The translations under genes and the position numbers were made by a program. A DNA stretch of 14,043 nucleotides, taken from the NCBI GenBank assembly GCA_029838215.1, contig JALGVI010000074.1:1-14043 (forward strand), given 5' to 3'. The DNA is from Candidatus Helarchaeota archaeon. GTDB lineage: Archaea; Asgardarchaeota; Lokiarchaeia; Helarchaeales; RDOG01. The notes under the pieces were generated by a model, which was given only the letters and a program-made list of their open reading frames with translations, was not told the origin of the DNA and searched no databases. Shown here piece by piece: positions 1 through 6,496 of this stretch; positions within the stretch are counted from its first letter, which is position 1; each line of letters opens with the position of its first letter.

Positions 1-73
1 GCGTGGCTTCTTCTTTCTTACTTTTCGTGATTTTCTTGCGAGTTATTGGCTTTCGATGTTTTGATTTTGTCAT
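1..73 (-). CDS. 5' end of a protein running off the left edge (MTKSKHRKPITRKKITKSKKEEAT...); Lys/Arg-rich N-terminus, product unknown
   Basis: ATG at 73-71 and frame open to the window edge. An in-frame TGA at 85-83 fixes the start. SD-like GTGAGG lies at 86-81. Only 24 codons are visible. Confidence 0.6.
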   Translation of the reverse strand, partial: MTKSKHRKPITRKKITKSKKEEAT

Positions 74-146
74 TTTCGTGCCTCACGAGCACCACGTAAA
101 TAAATAGGAATAGCAGTTAGCTACATTTAAGGCAAGGTTTTGTCGT

Positions 147-163
147 ATTATAAATTTCTTTTC
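147..163 (-). promoter_or_regulatory. Putative archaeal BRE-TATA promoter for the gene starting at 73
   Basis: Minus strand reads GAAAAGAAA-TTTATAAT (purine-rich BRE directly followed by a TATA-like box) in the gap between eL22 and the next gene. Confidence 0.5.
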
Positions 164-169
164 ATTAGA

Positions 170-478
170 TTAAAAGTCAGTTACGTTTAAACCTTTTCTC
201 TTATGAATGATGTAAGAATCGGCATTTGGACCTTTAATCACGCGTAATTTATCTCTCAAGTCGAATTTATGCAAGAATTTTTTAAGATACGTTTTTAGAG
301 CTCGTTTATTCAAATCCATTCGAGCGATTTCGATGGTTACTTTCTTGCCAGAATGAGAAACTTTCCCTTCAGGACCGACTATCTTTTCTAAATACGTTGA
401 AAGTTCGTTTATGAGATTGTCGTTGACCCATCCAAGATGTTGACACTCAATTTCATATTGTCTTGGTTCCGAACTCAT
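170..478 (-). CDS. rpl22e: Ribosomal protein eL22 (L22e), eukaryote-type
   Basis: 102 aa. YEIECQHL matches eL22 FxxDCxHP, LNKRALKTYLKKFLHKFDLRDKLRVI matches SKRYLKYLTKKYLKKxxLRDWLRVV, and DSYII matches xSYEL (from memory). SD-like GGTGTG upstream. Confidence 0.85.
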   Translation of the reverse strand: MSSEPRQYEIECQHLGWVNDNLINELSTYLEKIVGPEGKVSHSGKKVTIEIARMDLNKRALKTYLKKFLHKFDLRDKLRVIKGPNADSYIIHKRKGLNVTDF

Positions 479-545
479 AATTTACACACACCATTTTTTG
501 CTCATTAGAAGACTTTGTTGAGAATTTCAAATTTGCATGCTTATT

Positions 546-1394
546 TCACGATAACAATTGAACGATATAGCTTTTATAATGTTTCTCGGGTTGTTCAGAA
601 ATCACGGTGATGCCGTTATATTCAGGATTAAATAGAATGAATCGAGTTTCTGCTGGTGGAATTTGGTAATCTTCTAAAAGAGCATTAGCCATGTAAAGAA
701 AATCCTGAATGGTGCTCTTGACTCTTTCAATTTCGGGTTCACATATTTCTTTAAATTTTGGGGTGATTTCAGCCCGTTTCTTTTCCCAAAATGATCTTAA
801 ATAACGATCAATGTAGGATTGACCGCAACAAAATACAAATAGTGGAATCATCATGAAAAAAAGAGATACTGTTCCAAAACTAGGAATTAGAAAGCTCATC
901 GCACTGAATATGAGCATTGAAATGAGTACAACAGCAATAACGGGTGCTAATATGATCAAGGATGCCTTTCGATATGACATCTTGAAAAGACCGCCTTTAG
1001 CTCGAGCTAAATCTTCTCCTTTTGATATGAGCGTGAGGATATCCGGTTCTATATTTTGCCACTTGGTTGCAAATTCTTGATTTATTTCCGCATATGGTAA
1101 AATATAATTTGATTCGAATTGACTGTATAGTTTTTCCGTCGAGAAGCGTGGTAATTCGGAAACAGCATCCAGATATCGAATTGCGTAAAGCACGCGACCT
1201 ATCTCTTCTTTCCCCTGTTCTCTGTGGAGAGTTTCTTCATCTATTTCTTCTTCATCAATTTCCTTGAGAGCTCTCAATGGTTCATCCAATTCTTCCTCAG
1301 GTTCTTCGGCTATAATGACATCTTCGGATTTATCTTCTTTTTCGGAGACTTCATCAGAAGCTTTTTGTTTTTTCGATGTTTCTTCGTCCGTCAT
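546..1394 (-). CDS. Hypothetical integral membrane protein: acidic disordered N-terminus, two-helix hydrophobic hairpin, soluble helical flanks
   Basis: 282 aa with AGGAGA SD at 1407-1402. 26 of the first 59 residues are D/E. Residues 144-191 contain no charged residue and are flanked by basic residues. Confidence 0.85.
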   Translation of the reverse strand: MTDEETSKKQKASDEVSEKEDKSEDVIIAEEPEEELDEPLRALKEIDEEEIDEETLHREQGKEEIGRVLYAIRYLDAVSELPRFSTEKLYSQFESNYILPYAEINQEFATKWQNIEPDILTLISKGEDLARAKGGLFKMSYRKASLIILAPVIAVVLISMLIFSAMSFLIPSFGTVSLFFMMIPLFVFCCGQSYIDRYLRSFWEKKRAEITPKFKEICEPEIERVKSTIQDFLYMANALLEDYQIPPAETRFILFNPEYNGITVISEQPEKHYKSYIVQLLS

Positions 1395-1521
1395 TCTTTT
1401 TTCTCCTAATTAAAAATCAAGAATAAAATAATATCGGTACCGCTACAAAAAAAAAGAAAATAGATAATAAATCTTATGATATGAATATATTCAAGAAATT
1501 CCGTGGAAGGAATGCCAAAAC
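1395..1521. promoter_or_regulatory. Divergent promoter region with short palindromes
   Basis: AT-rich gap between head-to-head genes. Perfect palindromes CGGTACCG (1435-1442) and TGAATATATTCA (1482-1493), plus TTCC-GT-GGAA (1499-1508). Confidence 0.5.
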
Positions 1522-2829
1522 ATGAGTTTTCGGATCATTATAGATGAAAGTCATGAAGAATTTTTATTTCTTGCAAATACAGAAGGATTACAGTTAATTT
1601 TTTCCAAGTTAGACTGTGTAGTCCTACCATACGTGATTAAACCGATAACTTACGAAAAAATTAGGGATGATCACGTCCTTATCTTAGGTGCTCCTCAAGA
1701 AAGATTTACGGATGGTGAAATCGAAGCCATTCTCCGTTTTGTTAATGATGGAAAAATCCTGATATTAATTTCATCGAATTTGGGTGATTCGTTCTACGGA
1801 ACCAATTTAAACTTCATTGCGCGACAATTTGATTTCGAGTTTAATGAAGATCAGCTCGAAGTTCGTGGAGATGAAAGGGTCTTATCGAATGTCGTCGGCG
1901 TCAACAACTTTAGGACTTTGAGATTCTCCAGTAATGTTCGAAGCATTTTATATTCAGGATGCACGATTCAATTGCTTGATTCTTCCGTAAAAGTCATTGC
2001 CGAGAGTGATGCAACAACCATCCCTGCTCATGCAAAAATCGCCGTTCTATCAGAAAATGAACGAGTTTTTGGAATTGGTGGTTTTAATCTTTTCATTGAT
2101 CATGGAGAATACGGACTTGAACGAGAGAATAATCTTGAGTTCTTATACGATGTTATTGCACATCTTATATCCAAGTTGAAAAAACCTTCAGATATTGAAC
2201 AGAAAATAGAAGCACGTGTTTATAATGGTGGAAGTAAACCGGTTTATTTTCAAGATGATGATAATGAGTCATTCATGATTCAAGAAAGAAGAAGGAAGGA
2301 AATAAACTCTAATGCTGCCGAGATCGTCAATTCTTTACTAGAGGATCAAGAGATGAGCAATCACGGGTTCGGTAGCGAAGAAGCTCCAGAAGCATTTATT
2401 GATTCTCGAGTTTCTCTTTTTGAAATTGACATGGACAAAATTTTTCAAGAGATTAACCAGCTTCCGAATAAAAAGGCCAGAGAAAAATTCAGGGAAGTAT
2501 GCAAGCCTCTTTTTCATAATTTGGAAGAAATAGAAAGTGAATTTGATGATTTTTGGCTCTTTCTTAAAAGAACGTTGCAATTATCGAAGTTAGAAAGCGA
2601 AAAGAAGATTAATTGGGGAAGGGAATTACTCGACAATAAGTATCAACAGATCCAAGAAGAAATTTCAACTGCATCGGTAAAAATGAATGACATTTTTAAC
2701 ATTTTTTGTGAGAACTTCCCCGAGAATGTTTTTGATGCGAAGAATTTAGAAGAGTGGTATCTGGCAGAGTCAGAACTCAGGCAAAAAATCGACATGATTC
2801 GCAACAACCTGCTTGCTCTTTTACAATAA
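1522..2829 (+). CDS. GIFT (GldG/IFT52-like, class I GATase-like fold) domain protein with C-terminal alpha-helical domain; paralogue A
   Basis: 435 aa. IIIDESHEE, ITYEKIRDDHVLILGAPQERFTDGEIEAILRFVNDG, TNLNFIARQFDFEFNED, LYSGCTI and FGIGGFNLFID...ENNLEFL parallel IFT52 N-domain motifs (GPREKFTxxE, TNINFLLEEYGI, NREENSKI-like end; from memory). No signal peptide or TM segment. Confidence 0.8.
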   Translation: MSFRIIIDESHEEFLFLANTEGLQLIFSKLDCVVLPYVIKPITYEKIRDDHVLILGAPQERFTDGEIEAILRFVNDGKILILISSNLGDSFYGTNLNFIARQFDFEFNEDQLEVRGDERVLSNVVGVNNFRTLRFSSNVRSILYSGCTIQLLDSSVKVIAESDATTIPAHAKIAVLSENERVFGIGGFNLFIDHGEYGLERENNLEFLYDVIAHLISKLKKPSDIEQKIEARVYNGGSKPVYFQDDDNESFMIQERRRKEINSNAAEIVNSLLEDQEMSNHGFGSEEAPEAFIDSRVSLFEIDMDKIFQEINQLPNKKAREKFREVCKPLFHNLEEIESEFDDFWLFLKRTLQLSKLESEKKINWGRELLDNKYQQIQEEISTASVKMNDIFNIFCENFPENVFDAKNLEEWYLAESELRQKIDMIRNNLLALLQ

Positions 2830-2862
2830 TCGTTTAAAAACGATGATGCAGGTATTTTTTTT

Positions 2863-3996
2863 ATGGAATTTAGCATCTCAATTGACGAAACACACGACAA
2901 CTTGATTAGCTTCTATAGCTGTTCGCTTTTAGTCAAGATGCTGACTGATTTGGGTTTTATTCCGTATGAATTAGTAATAGGACCGATTTCGATTTCGAAC
3001 ATTGAAGATGTTGACGTGTTATTTATCGGAGCTCCAACAAGACCTCTTTCAAATCAGGAAGTTGAGCATGTTGCGAAATTCTTGGCACTAAAAAACAAAT
3101 TCGTCGTCTTGACTTCAAGTGCCTCGAGCCTTATTGGATCGAATCTGAACATTCTCACCGGTCCATTTGGCATTGCGATTAATAATGATTTAGTACATGT
3201 TTCCAAAAATATCGAGGGTCAATTCTTTCCGGTAATAAAAAATATCAATAAGCATACCATTACAAGAGGTGTTGGACAAATCTTGTATTCGGGTGCCAGT
3301 TTGGATGTGTGGGGAGATGATGCAAGAGTTTTGGCATCTACAGGTAAAAAAGTAATACCTAGTAACGTGCCAATAATTGCGCTTGCGTGTTCGGGGAGAC
3401 TACTCGTTCTTGGCGGGCACACGTTATTTTTGGATGAACCGAAAATAGGATTGGCTCAAAAGAATAATTTAAAATTTGTCCGTAACTTTTTTACGTACGT
3501 GAAGCGGCGAATCAAGGGAAAAATAAAAGAAAAACCGATGAAAAGTTCGGTCACGACAGAGTTCTTACAGGATCTTGTAGAAGACGTCCATCCTTCACGT
3601 CGCATTAAGTTTAAAGATGCGAAGAAAATGATAGAAAAAGATGCCAAGAGTTTTATCAAAGTTCTTGCAGACGTGGAGAAGGAGTCGGACATATTTTGGT
3701 CAAGAGTTGCGGATCAAATACACGATTCAACGTCCTTGGAGAGTTTGGAGCGTTGTCGTCAAGAGATGAAAAGGAATTATGGGAATTTACGGTCAAAGAT
3801 CGAAAACGGTCGGAATTCTGTTTTTAGTCTTCTATATGAACTGGATGGTCAAACGACAAGGGACTTACAAGTCGAGTTAAGAGACATTATAGATCAGGTC
3901 TATGTGGCGGAAGGAGAAACAGCAACAAAACTGGATACGATTAGAAATAATTTGGTCCAATTATACAATGGAAAAAAAGCCACGTTGGGAAAATAA
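2863..3996 (+). CDS. GIFT (GldG/IFT52-like) domain protein with C-terminal alpha-helical domain; paralogue B
   Basis: 377 aa. ISIDETHDN, DVDVLFIGAPTRPLSNQEVEHV, SNLNILTGPFGIAINND, LYSGASL, VLASTGKKVIPSNVPIIA and GRLLVLGGHTLFLD...NNLKFV. Aligns with paralogue A over both the GIFT and C-terminal domains. Confidence 0.8.
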   Translation: MEFSISIDETHDNLISFYSCSLLVKMLTDLGFIPYELVIGPISISNIEDVDVLFIGAPTRPLSNQEVEHVAKFLALKNKFVVLTSSASSLIGSNLNILTGPFGIAINNDLVHVSKNIEGQFFPVIKNINKHTITRGVGQILYSGASLDVWGDDARVLASTGKKVIPSNVPIIALACSGRLLVLGGHTLFLDEPKIGLAQKNNLKFVRNFFTYVKRRIKGKIKEKPMKSSVTTEFLQDLVEDVHPSRRIKFKDAKKMIEKDAKSFIKVLADVEKESDIFWSRVADQIHDSTSLESLERCRQEMKRNYGNLRSKIENGRNSVFSLLYELDGQTTRDLQVELRDIIDQVYVAEGETATKLDTIRNNLVQLYNGKKATLGK

Positions 3997-4013
3997 AAAA
4001 AAGGAAGGTTTTT
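3995..4013. terminator. Compact bidirectional archaeal oligo-T terminator between convergent genes
   Basis: A8 at 3995-4002 (T8 on the minus strand) and T5 at 4009-4013, in and around the 15-bp gap between the two stop codons. Confidence 0.5.
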
Positions 4014-5946
4014 ATTCAACAAGACCCGGGAAGTAATATCGAATTCCAGTAGATGCTTTTTCATCTTTGATTGCCACGCGAGTTTCTTCCATATAGTCAA
4101 GAACCCGTTGAGCTCGTTCTGTAGTGAAGTTCAACCGAAGAGTTACTTCTTCAACATTCGTCCAATTTTTTTCGGCCCCGAAATTTTTCAAGTAATTCAG
4201 GATTGCATTAGAATCGTTGATGAATTGGTCTTCTGAAACGATATCCGCAACACCGTCTAATTTATCTTTAAATATGTTGAAAAACCGATCTGCGATGTTT
4301 AAATTATTAGAGCGAACCTCGAGTTTTGCTTCTCCAGTCTGATTCGCAACGTGCCCTGTAATCTTTACTCCAACGCTAAAATGAAGATTCTTTTTTTTGT
4401 CTAAATAAGCATATATTATTTCAGAGAAGTATACTTCGTTTTCCGTGTTGATGCGTTCTTTAATTTTAGTGAATGCGACTTCGTTTTCGATTATGGCTTT
4501 CATGTTTTTCAAGAAATTATCTGGATTTCCGATAAATTTTATGGGTTCTTCAACTGCTTGTTGGAACTTGGCTGCCTTGATCTGCTCTTCAATGGTTTCG
4601 GGTAATGTTTCTACGTGTGTGATTTCGTCTTTTTCTTCTTTTTGAGTAATTCGTTGAAGAGTTTCTTTAGGATTGATACCAATTTCTTCGAGGAATTCAT
4701 TGACGGTTTCATCTACGGGATTCAATAGGGGAGGAATCTTGAGTACTGTTTCCATTTGTTGGTATTCTCTTTGTAATAAGTCTTGTGCTTTTTTGAATCC
4801 TTTTTTAACTTGACTTAGCGTAAAGCCCTTGCTCATCACTTCATAAAGAGTTGGTATTCCTTTTTTAGACTGAGTCATGTTGATGATGATCCTGCTGACT
4901 TTATCAATTTTTTTAGCTTCTCTCGGTCCAATCCTTTCCTCATTCAGAGGTCTGTTAATGTACGTCCACGCCATTTTTAAAAGCCGGATATTCAGCTTCA
5001 AGTCATAAAAGACATCTGTTAAATAGAAGTTAGCTTCCTTTCCATTCCGCTGTTTCTTTGTAACATATGCCAAGATCCTTTTGCTTGCGTCCTCAAGTTT
5101 TCGAAACTCGCTTGGACTCAGAGAGTCAAAATTTACGCTAACAGGACCAAATAAATAATCGAGCACGTTAGTTTCAAAATTAAGGGGACATTTGATTATA
5201 TTGCTGACCATGTCAATCCTACTAGGCAGGTGTCCTTCTGTTTTAAAGAATCGCAAGACGCGACGTGCGATTTGTTCTTTCAGATTTAGATCTTCCAATT
5301 TTATTCTTTCGGTTAGCGATCTATTAACGGGAAATCGCCTTCTGGCAATGTTCTCTTTTACATATGAATATGTTTTATTTGCAGCGATGAGGTATTGAAG
5401 AAAATCCACGTCATTTCTCTTGTATGAAATCTCGATTTTATTTTCTCGTCCGAATCCGATTAATTCGAATTTGTGTATTTTTAAATCTTCACGATTGATA
5501 CCAAAGAAAATTTGACCAGGAAGGAACCTTCTACGTTGATATCCTCGAGGTAAGCGCAACGCAGTTGCATCTCGAAGATTATTAGTCTTCACCAGTTTTG
5601 GGATACGGATACCATTGAATTTATTGAGACAGCTTTCTACAAATTCGTTAAACGTGAATAGATATATTGTTTCATTTTCTTGAAAAAATCCTTTAAGAGC
5701 CGAATGAACGAAAATATTATCAGCTTCACCGATTTTCACTGGTAATGATAATGGTGAGACCCAGATATTTATAATCGAATTTTCACCCAGTAACAATCCA
5801 TAGGGATTTCTCAAGGATTTAAAACCAAGATCATTAAAAATTGGTTGATAAATTGCGATATCCATTGGTGTTGCCAAACGGCAATTATGTTCTTCCTGCT
5901 CTTTTTCGGATAAAAATCTAATTTTTAATGGGATAATTGGTCGCAT
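4012..5946 (-). CDS. Multidomain protein: Cdc48/p97-N-like domain (aa ~5-175), three HTH-like repeats (~215-390), adaptin-appendage platform-like domain (~468-563), C-terminal EAP30/Vps22/Vps36-like winged helix (~575-642)
   Basis: 644-aa ORF with AGGAGA SD at 5960-5955. The C-terminus NDSNAILNY...TNVEEVTLRLNFTTERAQRVLDYMEETRVAIKD...RYYFPGL resembles SNF8/Vps22 (DHTVVLQL...TVSEIKASLKWETERARQVLEHL...HYWLPAL, from memory). The other domain calls are weaker pattern matches. No Walker A motif. The ORF is confident; the domain labels are moderate. Confidence 0.6.
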   Translation of the reverse strand: MRPIIPLKIRFLSEKEQEEHNCRLATPMDIAIYQPIFNDLGFKSLRNPYGLLLGENSIINIWVSPLSLPVKIGEADNIFVHSALKGFFQENETIYLFTFNEFVESCLNKFNGIRIPKLVKTNNLRDATALRLPRGYQRRRFLPGQIFFGINREDLKIHKFELIGFGRENKIEISYKRNDVDFLQYLIAANKTYSYVKENIARRRFPVNRSLTERIKLEDLNLKEQIARRVLRFFKTEGHLPSRIDMVSNIIKCPLNFETNVLDYLFGPVSVNFDSLSPSEFRKLEDASKRILAYVTKKQRNGKEANFYLTDVFYDLKLNIRLLKMAWTYINRPLNEERIGPREAKKIDKVSRIIINMTQSKKGIPTLYEVMSKGFTLSQVKKGFKKAQDLLQREYQQMETVLKIPPLLNPVDETVNEFLEEIGINPKETLQRITQKEEKDEITHVETLPETIEEQIKAAKFQQAVEEPIKFIGNPDNFLKNMKAIIENEVAFTKIKERINTENEVYFSEIIYAYLDKKKNLHFSVGVKITGHVANQTGEAKLEVRSNNLNIADRFFNIFKDKLDGVADIVSEDQFINDSNAILNYLKNFGAEKNWTNVEEVTLRLNFTTERAQRVLDYMEETRVAIKDEKASTGIRYYFPGLVE

Positions 5947-6496
5947 TAATCTTATCTCCTAAATTTAATGATTTTAAATTCTTTGAAATGTTTTTTTATT
6001 GGCATTGATAATCATCTAAGAAATTATAGGTTATTAATCAAATATAAATTTAATTCTTTTTGCAAGGAATTTAATATTGCTAAATTTTATTTAATATTTT
6101 AAAAAAATTCCTATTACCATAGATATCATGATTTAAATAGTCTATTTATGAAGTCATTTTAAAGTTAATCTTTATTTTTTACTCAATTAAGATAATAATT
6201 TGCTATATATGATAAAATTATGATAGAATTGACGAATATTCTCTCCATTTGTAATTATCTTATCAATTTTCCAAAATTTTTTATTCGGAAAAATACAGAT
6301 AGATCTCCACCATATCTTGACTTTTTAAATAATATCTAAACTATTTAATTGGTATGGAAAATCAAAAATCAATCTATGGATGGAAAAATGATAAACAAAA
6401 GAAAAACTATTCATATTTTTGATTATCGGGTTTGTAATATTTCTTTATTTGTAGAAATTCGTTTTTTTAAAATTTGTTTGTAAATGTTTTTTTTTT
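5947..6496. other. Long, very AT-rich intergenic region
   Basis: Hand count of 107 G+C in positions 5941-6480 (~20% GC), far below the flanking genes. No ORF of 60 aa or more lies within it. Confidence 0.8.

Noticed and set aside
546-1394. Eukaryote-like sorting motifs in the membrane protein (DILTLI dileucine-like, YNGI YxxPhi)
   Set aside because: Such short motifs occur frequently by chance, and nothing in the window encodes the mu or sigma adaptin domains that read them.
5947-6496. Replication origin call, and short ORFs (22 aa from 6354, 35 aa from 6376, plus strand)
   Set aside because: No full ORB element or orc1/cdc6 gene is visible. The ORFs are short, low-complexity and have no recognisable motif.
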